64,000 bases of DNA from an uncultured Pseudomonadota bacterium (lineage in GTDB: Bacteria; Oederibacteriota; Muellerivitia; Muellerivitales; Muellerivitaceae), in the NCBI GenBank assembly GCA_963770835.1, contig CAVYRH010000004.1, positions 166,515-230,514 on the forward strand. The letters are read 5' to 3'. This document shows, one piece after another, positions 51,314-61,048 of the stretch; positions within the stretch are counted from its first letter, which is position 1; each line of letters begins with the position of its first letter. The translations under genes and the position numbers were made by a program. A model generated the notes under the pieces. It did no database searches. It was not told where the DNA came from and was given only the letters and a program-made list of their open reading frames with translations.

Positions 51314-51651
51314 GGAAATGGAGTTTATTTACAATAAAAAAGGCCGCACGCTCCGGAATTCCGGAGATCAGGGGCTCACCCAGTTTTTAGTGGTAGTGGC
51401 CCGTACTCTGATGGACTGTGCGACCTTTTTTCATTTTCTCCCATCCTTCGATGGGTACAAGTGGAATCTTGAAATCCCGGATTATTTTTAGCGCATAAAG
51501 CAGGCCAGTAAAAAAGAACCGGCCGAAAAATAAAAAACGCTTTTTTAACAGGCTGGGAAAAAATAGAACAATCTATTTTCAAAACAACGCTTTTGTAAAA
51601 ACGTTTGAAATTAAAGATAAAAGTGTCCTCCGAAAACCTCCCGAAGTTTGC

Positions 51652-53874
51652 GTGGGAGAACGATCTTTTTTGGGCTATAACTATTTGAGTTTTGTTGAGC
51701 ATCCAAAGCGGCTAAGGAATTTTTTGGAATTTTTCAAAAACACCCAGGTGAAAAAAGCGGCTTTTCCGGCAGTGTTTGTTTTAGCCGCATTGGGCCAATG
51801 GTTCATGGCCCAAAACCAGGCAACGGCAACCGTTTTTCCGGCGCTGTTTTTTTACGCTTTCGCGCTTTATCTTTGGTTTCTCACTTTAAAAAAAGAGAAA
51901 ACCGGACTCCTGGATGAAAAGCCCCTGACGGCCCGGCTGGAATGGGTGTTGTTTGGCTTTATCCTTTTAATAGCTTTTTTTTTAAGGGTTTATGAGCTTG
52001 ATCAAATCCCTTCGGGCATCTACCTGGATGCCTCAGGGCCCGCCCTTTACGCCCTTAAAATGCTTCACGAGCATTTTAAGCCCCCCTTTATGCTTCCCGC
52101 CTTCGCGGCCAATCCTTCGTATTTGGTGTATCTTTTGGCAGTTTGGTTCCGTTGGTTTTCCCCGACCCAGGTGAACCTGTTCCTGTTTTACGTTGTTTTC
52201 GCCATGGCCGCTTTGCCTTTCATTTATTGGACTTTTCGCCAATTGGCAGGCCCCCAGTCCGCTCTTTTAACCGTTTATTTCATCGCCGTCATGCGGTGGC
52301 ACATGGTTTTCAGCCGAATCGGCTTTCGGGGAATCCAGGTTCCCTTTTACATGTTTGGAACCCTGGCGTTTTTTCTCTACGGTTTAAAACTCAAGAAAGG
52401 TTGGCCTTTTTTCCTTTCCGCGCTGTTTTTAACAGGCGGGTTATACACTTATCAATCCTTTAAAGCATTCCCTTTAATGATGTTGATCCTGTTGGTTTAC
52501 GAGCATTTCAAAAACCCCAAAACGCTGAAAGCCCTGGCGGTTCCCCTCCTGGCATCGGCCGCTTTGTGCGGTTTCTTCACGGTTCCCTTACTCCATTACT
52601 GGAACCAGCAGGGCAGCCTGGGAACCCGGGAATCGCAGATTTTTATCGGGAAAGAGGTGGTCCAGGAGAAAAGCCTGCGGCCCTTGGCGGAGAAAGCCCT
52701 GCAAACCGCCTTGATGTTTAACCGAAAGGGCGAAGAACAACCGCGGCATAATTTCAAAGATCACCCAATCCTCGACGATGTCACGGGGCTCTTTTTTATT
52801 TTGGGTTTTTTCCTCGCGCTTTGGAAATTCCGGCAAAAGCCTTATTTTTACGCGGTTTGCGGCTTTTTCGTCATGAGCCTGCCCGGCCTGCTTTCCAGCG
52901 AGGAAACCCAATCTCATCGGATGCTGGGCGCCCTCCCTTTCGCGGCTTTTTTCGCGGCCGGCGCGGTTTTAACCTGGCGCAAGGGCATGGCCGAGCGTTT
53001 TCCTTCCTTTCGTCCCTGGGTTAACGGCCTCGTGATGGGGCTTCTGATTTTCGCGGCCATCGAAAATATCAAAACTTATTTCGTGGACCAGGCAGGGGAT
53101 TATGACTGTTGGAGGGATTTCAACATCGAGGCTACGACCGTTGGGAAAACCGTCGTCCAGCACCCGAACACGGTCTTTTACCTGGCGCCGGCCTTTTACG
53201 ACCATTTCACGGTTCAATACCTGGATTATTTCGAGTCCAACCGCGTCCATTTACTGGATTTGGGGGAAATGAACCATCTACCTCTGGATACCCGCCTTTC
53301 CAAGATTTGCTTCGTCCTGGACGAGGGAAAAAGTCCGACTTTGGCCTTTTTGAAAGGCCTCTATCCTCAGGGACAGGAAGAGCCTTTTAAGGACCGGTAC
53401 GGGAAAACACTCGCGTTTTTTTATTACGTTTCGGGCCAGGTAAAACCGATTTCGTTTCAAAAGGGCCTCCAAAGATGGGAAAACCCTAATGAAAACTCTC
53501 CCGACTTGGTCTCCACCGGACTTGTACAAGACCCCCTCATTAATTTCACTAATATCGGCGATTTGGGGGTCAGCCATCCGCCGGTTTTGGCGGTTTGGAA
53601 GGGGAAAATTCGTATACCGGCAACGGGTTCTTACGGTTTTCTCATTCTCACCCAAGATAAAGGAGAATTGGATTTGGATGGCCGGAAAGTGGTGGAGAAC
53701 CTTCAAGGTGGGGAAGAAGTGATCCGCTTGACGGCAGGGTGGCATTCCGTCGAGCTAACCTGCCAGAGGGACAATAACCCGGATGTGGCCCTGGATTTCC
53801 ACCTTCTCTGGAAAAAGCCCGGTAACCTCAACTATGAAGTCGTTCCGAATTCGGCTTTCGGGAAAATCCGATAA
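51652..53874 (+). CDS. GT39/PMT_2 (ArnT-like) membrane glycosyltransferase fused to a C-terminal PA14 domain
   Basis: Polytopic N-terminal 450 aa with PMT/ArnT-like loop motifs. C-terminus GSYGFLILTQDKGELDLDGRKVV.. is PA14-like. Confidence 0.6.
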   Translation: MGERSFLGYNYLSFVEHPKRLRNFLEFFKNTQVKKAAFPAVFVLAALGQWFMAQNQATATVFPALFFYAFALYLWFLTLKKEKTGLLDEKPLTARLEWVLFGFILLIAFFLRVYELDQIPSGIYLDASGPALYALKMLHEHFKPPFMLPAFAANPSYLVYLLAVWFRWFSPTQVNLFLFYVVFAMAALPFIYWTFRQLAGPQSALLTVYFIAVMRWHMVFSRIGFRGIQVPFYMFGTLAFFLYGLKLKKGWPFFLSALFLTGGLYTYQSFKAFPLMMLILLVYEHFKNPKTLKALAVPLLASAALCGFFTVPLLHYWNQQGSLGTRESQIFIGKEVVQEKSLRPLAEKALQTALMFNRKGEEQPRHNFKDHPILDDVTGLFFILGFFLALWKFRQKPYFYAVCGFFVMSLPGLLSSEETQSHRMLGALPFAAFFAAGAVLTWRKGMAERFPSFRPWVNGLVMGLLIFAAIENIKTYFVDQAGDYDCWRDFNIEATTVGKTVVQHPNTVFYLAPAFYDHFTVQYLDYFESNRVHLLDLGEMNHLPLDTRLSKICFVLDEGKSPTLAFLKGLYPQGQEEPFKDRYGKTLAFFYYVSGQVKPISFQKGLQRWENPNENSPDLVSTGLVQDPLINFTNIGDLGVSHPPVLAVWKGKIRIPATGSYGFLILTQDKGELDLDGRKVVENLQGGEEVIRLTAGWHSVELTCQRDNNPDVALDFHLLWKKPGNLNYEVVPNSAFGKIR

Positions 53875-53879
53875 GGGCG

Positions 53880-54851
53880 TTACTTCGAGTCGGCGGGCGG
53901 GGCGGGGTTTTCCTCCACCGGCTTTTGGGTTTCTTGAAAAAGAAAAAGGGTCCCCCAGACCTTGCCCGAAAGGGTGGTACCGGAGGCGCTGTCCAGACGG
54001 AACCGCTTAGGTTTATTGTTCCAAACGATGTCCACATATTCCCGCTTGAGTTCCTTCCGGTCCTTTAGGGATTGGGCCATCCTCGCGCCGATTTCCCCCA
54101 GGGCGTTCTCCTTAAAAAGGTACAAATTAGTCAGGGATTTGGGGTTCATCTCCAGGATTTTCCCGACGGGCGCGTTGACGAAAAAAATGTTTCCATCCGT
54201 GGAAACGGCCAGCGCCCCAATGGGAAGTGAATCCAAAACGTTCTTCAGAGTGGCCGCGTATTCCAAGGCCATTTGGTCGCCTTCCTTCACCCTTTCGGAC
54301 AAAAGGCGCGCCTTCCGGACTAGGTCAGTGATTTCCTTTTCCTCTTGGACGGTCCGGAAGGCCAGGTAGGCCGAATGGATGGAAACCACGAAAAGCAGGG
54401 CGCAGGACAAAAGCAGGAAGGGGTCCATGTAATTGAAGTTGTCGCTTTTGACGTAAACCAAGTAAATGTAGAGGGCCACCACCGCGATGGCCACGAAGAG
54501 GCTTCGCCCCACGGACTGGCTCAAGGCCGAAATGAAAAAGGTGAGGAAGGTCAGGATGAGAAGGTTGGTCTCGAAGCGGTCGAAGAGATAAAGCCCGGCC
54601 AGGAGAAAGACGAAGTCCATGGAAAAGACAATGTATTGGAAGCGCACCTTCCCAAAGACATCCTCCTTCAGGAAATAAAAGGGGAGAAAAGTAGCCGCCA
54701 GGGCCAGGGCATAGGCCAGCACGGTGATTTTTTGATCCGGGTGGGCCTGAAGGAAAAGGAAGGCAAAACAATAAAGCGTGAGCGCCAGCAACAAGCGGAT
54801 CAAGAAGATGTTCTTCTTGACGCGGGGTGTGGCTTGTTGGATTTCACTCAT
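53880..54851 (-). CDS. Membrane-anchored stand-alone PAS-domain protein
   Basis: 5 TM helices, then a PAS-like fold (LDSLPIGALAVSTDGNIFFVNAPVGKILEMNPKSL). No kinase, GGDEF or other output domain. ATG 54851. Confidence 0.55.
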   Translation of the reverse strand: MSEIQQATPRVKKNIFLIRLLLALTLYCFAFLFLQAHPDQKITVLAYALALAATFLPFYFLKEDVFGKVRFQYIVFSMDFVFLLAGLYLFDRFETNLLILTFLTFFISALSQSVGRSLFVAIAVVALYIYLVYVKSDNFNYMDPFLLLSCALLFVVSIHSAYLAFRTVQEEKEITDLVRKARLLSERVKEGDQMALEYAATLKNVLDSLPIGALAVSTDGNIFFVNAPVGKILEMNPKSLTNLYLFKENALGEIGARMAQSLKDRKELKREYVDIVWNNKPKRFRLDSASGTTLSGKVWGTLFLFQETQKPVEENPAPPADSK

Positions 54852-54948
54852 GGGGGGTTGAAAACCTTTTTTTATTGCCACAAAATCCACGGAAACATTT
54901 TTAAATGTCAAAGTGCCGTGGATTCCATCATAAGGCGGGCCAATTTCC

Positions 54949-55885
54949 ATGCAAAGCCAAAAGACAACCTATCCCCCCAGTGTGTGGCTGGCCCTGGCCT
55001 TGGTCTATCTCGTTTGGGGTTCCACCTATTTGGGCATTCACTTCGCTATCCAGTCCATCCCTCCCTTTCTCATGGCGGGAGCCCGCTTTTTAACCTCCGG
55101 CCTGATCCTTTTCGGCTTCGCCGTTTTATACGGCCTGGCTTCCTCCAAGGGATTTCCCCGGATCACCTGGGGCCATTGGAAGTCTTCCGCCGTCATCGGT
55201 TTTTTCCTGTTGCTCATCGGCAACGGCGGCGTGTGCTGGGCCGAACAAAAGGTGCCCTCCGGCATGGCGGCCCTCCTCGTGGGGACGGTGCCCCTTTGGA
55301 TGGCACTCTTGGAATGGACCTGGAAAAAGGGGTCAAGGCCGGGGCCCCAGGTTTGGATCGCCTTACTGCTGGGGTTCACGGGGATCGCCGTCTTGGTTCT
55401 GCTCCGGCCCGGGGATGGGCCCTTGCGGGTGGACCCCCTTTGGGCCCTCTTGCTGGTGGGAACCTCGCTGGCCTGGTCCTGGGGCTCCCTTTACGTCCGG
55501 TCCGCGTCGCTCCCTTCCTCCGCCCTCCTCGCCACGGCCCTGGAAATGATCGCTGGGGGCTTTCAGCTATTGGTGGCTGGGTTCCTGCTGGGGGAACCCA
55601 GCCGGTTCCACTTCTACCAATTGACCACCTCCTCGGTAGAGGCCTGGGTTTACCTGACGCTGGTGGGTTCGCTGATCGGTTTTACCTCTTAATATTTGGG
55701 TCCTGCAAAAGGCCACGCCGGGCTTGGCCTCTACTTATGCCTTCGTGAACCCCGTCATCGCGGTCTTCCTGGGCTGGCTTTTGGCCGGGGAGGCCCGCTC
55801 GCCTTCCCTTTCCCTGGCGGCGGCCCTGATCGTGACGGCTGTCATCCTGATCACCCGCGCCTCCCCCCGAAACCGGGGGAATTGA
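54949..55885 (+). CDS. EamA/DMT-family transporter. Apparent +1 frameshift at about 55687-55691.
   Basis: The first 247 aa end at ..IGFTS then TAA. The conserved C-terminal half (NIWVLQKATPGLASTYAFVNPVIAVFLGWLLAGEA..) continues in the +1 frame to TGA 55885. Confidence 0.8.
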
Positions 55886-55937
55886 GCGGTTTTTAATTCC
55901 CACGGTTTCCCCGGCATTTCATTAAAATCCCTCCAGG

Positions 55938-57239
55938 TTGATAACTCGAAAGACTGGCGGCTTTCCCATGGGCGAAACCATCTCGAACATCGCGGTCATC
56001 GGCGGCGGCGCGGCGGGGTTGACGGCCGCCTATCTGCTCCAACAACATTACGTGGTCACCCTCTATGAAAAGAACAACTACGCGGGAGGGTACGCCAATA
56101 CCGTTGTGATCCCCAACGGGCCGGATAAGGGAAAGCCAGTGGATACGGGTTTCACCCTGCTGAACGACCAGACCTATCCCACTTTTCGCCGGCTATTGAA
56201 CCGTCTGGGGGTTGCCATCCGTCCCAGCGAATTTTCTTTCGGCTATTGGGACGAGAAGAGCGGGCTGCAATACGCGGCTACCGGCCCCAACGGCTTTTTC
56301 GCCCAGAGGTCCAACCTATGGAATTCCGCCTTCTGGAAAATTCTCCGCGAGTGGGTGTGGTTCAAGCGCCGGGCTTGGCGGGACATGACCACGGGGAAAC
56401 TTGATTCCCTTACCCTGGGGGAATACATCGAGCAGGGGAAATTTTCCGAAGGGTTCTCAAGGGACTGCCTTCTTCCCCTGGGATCGGCCATCTGGTGCAC
56501 CTCCGTGAGGGAAATGAAACAGTTTCCCGCGGCCATGTTCGCAAGAGTTTTGGAGGGTTTTGGTTTTTTGGGCCAATCCCGCCGACTTCAGTGGCAGACC
56601 GTGGAGGGGGGGAGCCACAACTACGTCAAGGCCATCGTGAGAACATTCAAGACGCGGGTCCGGCTGGGCGACCCCGTGGAGGAAGTGAAACGGAAGAAGG
56701 AACAGGTTTTGGTGCGCACCCGGGCCGGCCAGGAACAGGCTTATGACAAGGTAGTATTGGCATGCCACGCGGACGAGGCCTTAGGGCTTTTGGCCGACCC
56801 CAGCGAAGAGGAACAAAAACTTCTTTCGGTATGGAACTACCAGAAAAACAACGCCGTCCTCCACACCGACCGGGACGTCATACCGCCCCTTAAAAACGCC
56901 TGGGCCTGCTGGAACTATGTGCGGGAAAGGGACGCCACGCTGCCCCAGCCTGTTTCCATGACCTACCACATCAACCGCTTGCAGGGGCTGGAGTCCCAGG
57001 AACCCTATTTCGTGACCTTGAACCGGGTACGGCCCATTCCCGAAAGATATATCCTCAGGGAAATGTATTACACCAACCCCACTTTTACGATGACAGCGGT
57101 CGAATCCCAAAAGGAGCTGCCCCGCCTGAATGGGGCCAACAATACCTATTATTGTGGCAGTTACTTTGGAGACGGCTTTCATGAGGATGCGGTGAAATCG
57201 GCCGTGGCGGTGGCTCAATGCTTTGGCATCGATTTATGA
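55938..57239 (+). CDS. NAD/FAD-binding amine-oxidase-like oxidoreductase (COG2907, CFA-synthase-associated family)
   Basis: VIGGGAAGLTAAYLL Rossmann motif. Family usually linked to lipid-modification loci. Alternative start ATG 55968. Confidence 0.7.
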   Translation: MITRKTGGFPMGETISNIAVIGGGAAGLTAAYLLQQHYVVTLYEKNNYAGGYANTVVIPNGPDKGKPVDTGFTLLNDQTYPTFRRLLNRLGVAIRPSEFSFGYWDEKSGLQYAATGPNGFFAQRSNLWNSAFWKILREWVWFKRRAWRDMTTGKLDSLTLGEYIEQGKFSEGFSRDCLLPLGSAIWCTSVREMKQFPAAMFARVLEGFGFLGQSRRLQWQTVEGGSHNYVKAIVRTFKTRVRLGDPVEEVKRKKEQVLVRTRAGQEQAYDKVVLACHADEALGLLADPSEEEQKLLSVWNYQKNNAVLHTDRDVIPPLKNAWACWNYVRERDATLPQPVSMTYHINRLQGLESQEPYFVTLNRVRPIPERYILREMYYTNPTFTMTAVESQKELPRLNGANNTYYCGSYFGDGFHEDAVKSAVAVAQCFGIDL

Positions 57240-57300
57240 GGGAACTCCAACGAAAAACTGTCGGGGACTGGTAAAGGCCTGTCGAAATCTTATGATTAAC

Positions 57301-57322
57301 TGTGGGAATAATTAATCCCACA
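57301..57322. promoter_or_regulatory. Palindrome TGTGGGA-N8-TCCCACA upstream of the desaturase gene
   Basis: Perfect 7-bp inverted repeat with an AT-rich 8-nt spacer, 290 bp upstream of the desaturase start. Confidence 0.4.
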
Positions 57323-57612
57323 ATACCCTGAAGACCATCTCCCATTGGGAGGGGTTGGCGGTGTTGCCACAATGTATGGATTTTTGCCGCTTCAACGGGG
57401 CAAGGAACCCACCCAGAGGCTGTTTTAAGGTGATAACGCTCCACCCCCGGGGTATAATTTCGTTGGGAATGAACGTCTTCCAAAGGCGCGCTTTTCCTGC
57501 GGCGGCGGCCCGGTTTTTCGTATGGCAGGCGGTTCTGACAAACTCCCTTCCCTCTGCGCTTCAATCGGCGCTGGCCCGTCCAAAATCAAATTTTTGAGAG
57601 GTGTTTTTCCTT

Positions 57613-58608
57613 ATGCTACCAGCTGATGCCGAACCAATAACAATCCAATCCCTAACCCAACCCATCCTCATCCAAACCCCAACCCAACCCGCCGCCGACG
57701 CGGATACCCGCCGGAATTTCCTCCGAACTTTCACCAAGGACGAGCAAATCGATTGGGGCGGCAGTATTCCCTTTTTCGGCGTGCACGTCATCGGCCTCCT
57801 GGCTTTCCTCACCGGAGTCAGCTGGGCCGCTATCCTCATGTGCCTCTTCATGTACTATTCCCGCATGTTCGCCATCACGGGGATCTACCATCGGTACTTC
57901 TCCCACCGCACCTACAAAACCAGCCGGTTCTTCCAGGCCGTCATGGCCTTCTGGGGCACTTCCTGCGGCCAGCAGGGGCCCCTTTGGTGGGCCGCCCATC
58001 ACCGCCATCACCATAAATACTCGGACATGCCGGAGGATATCCATTCACCCGGTTTGCGGGGCTTCTGGTGGTCCCATTGGGGATGGATCCTCTGCAAGCG
58101 CTACGCGGACACCAATGAGCTTGCGGTCAAGGACTTGACCAAGTATCCCGAGCTCAAATTCATCAACAAGTACCATGGATTGGCCCCCTTCATCCTGGCC
58201 ACGCTCATCTTCTTCTTCGGCTCTTTCCTCCAACACGCGGCCCCGCAATTGCACACCAACGGCTTACAGATGATGTGCTGGGGCTTCTTCACTTCCACCA
58301 CCCTGCTTTACCACGGCACCTTCACCATCAATTCCCTTTCCCACGTTTTCGGGAAAAAGCGGTTTGAAACCGGAGACGACAGCAAGAACAATTTCATCCT
58401 GTCGTTGATCACCATGGGGGAAGGGTGGCACAACAACCACCATAAGTTCCCTTACGCCGAGCCGCAGGGCATTTACTGGTGGGAAATCGACATGTCACAT
58501 TATGTCCTGAAGGTGTTTTCCTGGTTCGGCCTGGTGTGGGATATTCAAACCCACCCCAAGGAACTCTTTGCCGCTGCTAAGAGCCTGAAGAGCGAAGCGG
58601 CCGCGTAA
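57613..58608 (+). CDS. Acyl-CoA (stearoyl-CoA-type) delta-9 fatty-acid desaturase
   Basis: Three His boxes HRYFSH, HHRHHH, HNNHH in a 4-TM topology. Confidence 0.88.
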   Translation: MLPADAEPITIQSLTQPILIQTPTQPAADADTRRNFLRTFTKDEQIDWGGSIPFFGVHVIGLLAFLTGVSWAAILMCLFMYYSRMFAITGIYHRYFSHRTYKTSRFFQAVMAFWGTSCGQQGPLWWAAHHRHHHKYSDMPEDIHSPGLRGFWWSHWGWILCKRYADTNELAVKDLTKYPELKFINKYHGLAPFILATLIFFFGSFLQHAAPQLHTNGLQMMCWGFFTSTTLLYHGTFTINSLSHVFGKKRFETGDDSKNNFILSLITMGEGWHNNHHKFPYAEPQGIYWWEIDMSHYVLKVFSWFGLVWDIQTHPKELFAAAKSLKSEAAA

Positions 58609-58636
58609 CAAGCGCCGTCCAAGTTGATCTCGAAAG

Positions 58637-58670
58637 GGGGGCGGGAAATCCCGCCCCCCTTTTTTGTTTT
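58637..58670 (+). terminator. Rho-independent terminator after the desaturase gene
   Basis: GGGGGCGGG-AAAT-CCCGCCCCC then TTTTTTGTTTT. Confidence 0.85.
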
Positions 58671-58713
58671 GGAGTTTAGGGATTAATATGATTTAAAGAG
58701 CGGGAGTGTAAGC

Positions 58714-59169
58714 GTGAACCTTTATTTGATCCTGAAGTTTCTGCACGTGGTTTTCGCGGTGGTGGCGGTGGGGTTCAACCTCAGCTACGGTTTTTGGCTG
58801 GCCCGCGCCCGCAAGAACCCTGAAAATCTGCCGTTCGTGCTGAAAAACATCAAGGTCATGGATAGCGCCGTTGCTAACCCCGCCTATATGGGTTTGGGAA
58901 TTACCGGACCCCTCATGGCCTGGTTAGGCGGCTATTCCTGGCATTCTTTTTGGATATGGATGTCGGTTCTGCTTTTAGTCTTGGCCGCGATCCTGGGCAT
59001 CGTGGTTTATTCCCCCCTCCTCAAAAACCAGATCCGGGCCTTGGAAACCCAAGGCGCGGATTCGGCCGAATACAAGGCGCTGGAACTTAAAGCCACCCAG
59101 CTCGGCTTTGGGCTTATCGCAATCGTAGCGATCATCATCTTCCTGATGGTGACCAAGATCCAATTTTAA
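58714..59169 (+). CDS. DUF2269-family membrane protein
   Basis: 151 aa with 4 TM helices. GTG start. Confidence 0.6.
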   Translation: MNLYLILKFLHVVFAVVAVGFNLSYGFWLARARKNPENLPFVLKNIKVMDSAVANPAYMGLGITGPLMAWLGGYSWHSFWIWMSVLLLVLAAILGIVVYSPLLKNQIRALETQGADSAEYKALELKATQLGFGLIAIVAIIIFLMVTKIQF

Positions 59170-59206
59170 TCCCCACTTTAAAAAATCCACCTCAAAGATA
59201 AATTTT

Positions 59207-61048
59207 TCAGCAGCACCCATACTCCGGCATTTCGTGGCCCTTGTGCGAGGAGTCGTGCACGGCCTTGGGGTGCTTCTTCTTCACTAAAATCTGGTACCAG
59301 CGGTGGAAGGATTCCCACAAGATCACGACCGCGCAAAAGAGGATGACGCTCGTCACCGCGATATTGATCCAGGCGTTAAAGGACTTTTGGGGGTCGGCGG
59401 CCAAGAGATAGTTGTTGTGGATGATCAAAACGCAGGCGGTCAAGGTGGTGACGCAAACAAACAGCATGGGAACAAGGGTAAACCAGGCGTATTTAACCCT
59501 GCCGGAATTGATGATGGCGCTGGTGGCCACCGCCAGGGCCACCCCCGCGAGAAGCTGGTTGGCGGCCCCGAACATGGGCCAGATGGTGCTGACGTTGCCG
59601 GTCCAAAGAAGGTAACTCCACAGGAAGACCACCAGGGCGGTGCATAAGACCGTGCCGGGCACCCAATCGGTTTTCTCCACGGGTTTCCAGAACCGGCCCA
59701 GGAATTCCTGCATCAGGAATCGGGCCACGCGCGTTCCCGCGTCGATGGTGGTGAGGATGAAAAGAGCCTCAAACATGATCATGAAATGGTAGAAGTAATC
59801 CATCAGGCCCTGGAGGCCCGGGATGCCCGAGAAAATCTGCGCGAAGCCCACGGCCAGGGAGACCCCGCCCCCGGTGCGCCCCACTAGATTCTCGCCCACC
59901 GCTTGGCTGAGCTCCTGCAAATGGACCGGATTCAGGCCGAGCGCGGCGAACTTCTCCGCGGGAAGGTTGATGGCGAAATAGTCAGCGGGGAATAGGGAAC
60001 AGGAAGCCAAAAGCGCCACGATGCCCACCAGGCCCTCCATCAACATGGCCCCGTAGCCCACGAACCTCGCCTCCGATTCCCTGTCCAGCATCTTGGGGGT
60101 CGTGCCCGAGGCCACCAAGGCATGGAAACCCGAAATGGCCCCGCAGGCGATGGTGATGAAAAGGAAGGGGAATAACTTCCCGGGAATAATGGGCCCCCCG
60201 CCGTTGTCATAGGCTGTAAAAGCCGGCATTTGAAGGTAAGGATGGACCAGGATGATGCCCAGGACCAGGCCGCCAATGGTGCCGATCTTCATGTAGGAGC
60301 TCAAGTAGTCCCGGGGAGCCAGCAGCATCCAGATCGGAAGGACCGAGGCGACGAAGGCGTAGAGGCTCAAGAGAACAATGATCTGGTTCCGGGGGAAGGT
60401 GAAACAAGCCGCCAGGGCCGGCGGAAGGAACTTGCCGAAAACAACCGCCAGGAACACCAGGGTGACCCCAATGAGGCTGGCCTCGCCAATTTTCCCGGGC
60501 CGGATGCGGTGCATCCAAAAGCCCACCAAAAGGGCGATAGGGATGGTCATTCCAATTGAGAAGGTTCCCCAAGAGCTCTCCTTCAGCGCGCCCACCACCA
60601 CGATCCCCAAACCCGCCAGGGCCACGACCACGATGAAAAAGATGGCGATGGAACCGACGGCCCCCGCCAGGGGGCTGATCTCATGCCGCGCGATTTCCGC
60701 CAGGGATTTCCCCTTGCGGCGGATGGAGGCCACCAGGATCATGAAATCCTGCACCGCCCCCGCCAGGCAAACGCCGATCAAGAGCCACAGGAAGCTCGGC
60801 ACGTAGCCGAACTGAGCGGCCAGGACGGGGCCGATCAAGGGGCCCGAACCCGCAATGGCCGCGAAGTGGTGGCCGAAGACCACCCATTTGTTGGTGGGAT
60901 GGTAGTTCTGGCCGTCTTTCAGGCGATGGGCGGGGGTGGTCCGCTTGTCATTGAGGGCCACCACCTTCAAGGCCAGGAAGCGGCTGTAAAAGCCATAGGC
61001 CGCGGCCATGACCAGGAGGGCGGGAAGGATCAGCCAAAGGACGTTCAT
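59207..61048 (-). CDS. cstA: Carbon starvation protein A (peptide/pyruvate transporter)
   Basis: CstA family conservation throughout (NKWVVFGHHFAAIAGSGPLIGPVLAAQFG). ATG 61048 after AAGGAG. Confidence 0.88.
   Translation of the reverse strand: MNVLWLILPALLVMAAAYGFYSRFLALKVVALNDKRTTPAHRLKDGQNYHPTNKWVVFGHHFAAIAGSGPLIGPVLAAQFGYVPSFLWLLIGVCLAGAVQDFMILVASIRRKGKSLAEIARHEISPLAGAVGSIAIFFIVVVALAGLGIVVVGALKESSWGTFSIGMTIPIALLVGFWMHRIRPGKIGEASLIGVTLVFLAVVFGKFLPPALAACFTFPRNQIIVLLSLYAFVASVLPIWMLLAPRDYLSSYMKIGTIGGLVLGIILVHPYLQMPAFTAYDNGGGPIIPGKLFPFLFITIACGAISGFHALVASGTTPKMLDRESEARFVGYGAMLMEGLVGIVALLASCSLFPADYFAINLPAEKFAALGLNPVHLQELSQAVGENLVGRTGGGVSLAVGFAQIFSGIPGLQGLMDYFYHFMIMFEALFILTTIDAGTRVARFLMQEFLGRFWKPVEKTDWVPGTVLCTALVVFLWSYLLWTGNVSTIWPMFGAANQLLAGVALAVATSAIINSGRVKYAWFTLVPMLFVCVTTLTACVLIIHNNYLLAADPQKSFNAWINIAVTSVILFCAVVILWESFHRWYQILVKKKHPKAVHDSSHKGHEMPEYGCC

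Noticed and set aside
51370-51431. Possible tRNA, tmRNA or RNase P fragment (GGGGCTCACCCAG...AGTGGTAGTGGCCC; GGTGCGGTTAA)
   Set aside because: No cloverleaf with T-loop GTTCGAATC or CCA context. No tag-peptide reading frame. Only short chance matches to RNase P P10-12.
54345-55748. 467-aa plus-strand ORF spanning the PAS gene and eamA
   Set aside because: Arg/Gly/Pro-rich translation typical of an off-frame high-GC read-through. It overlaps two well-supported genes (minus-strand PAS protein, in-frame EamA).
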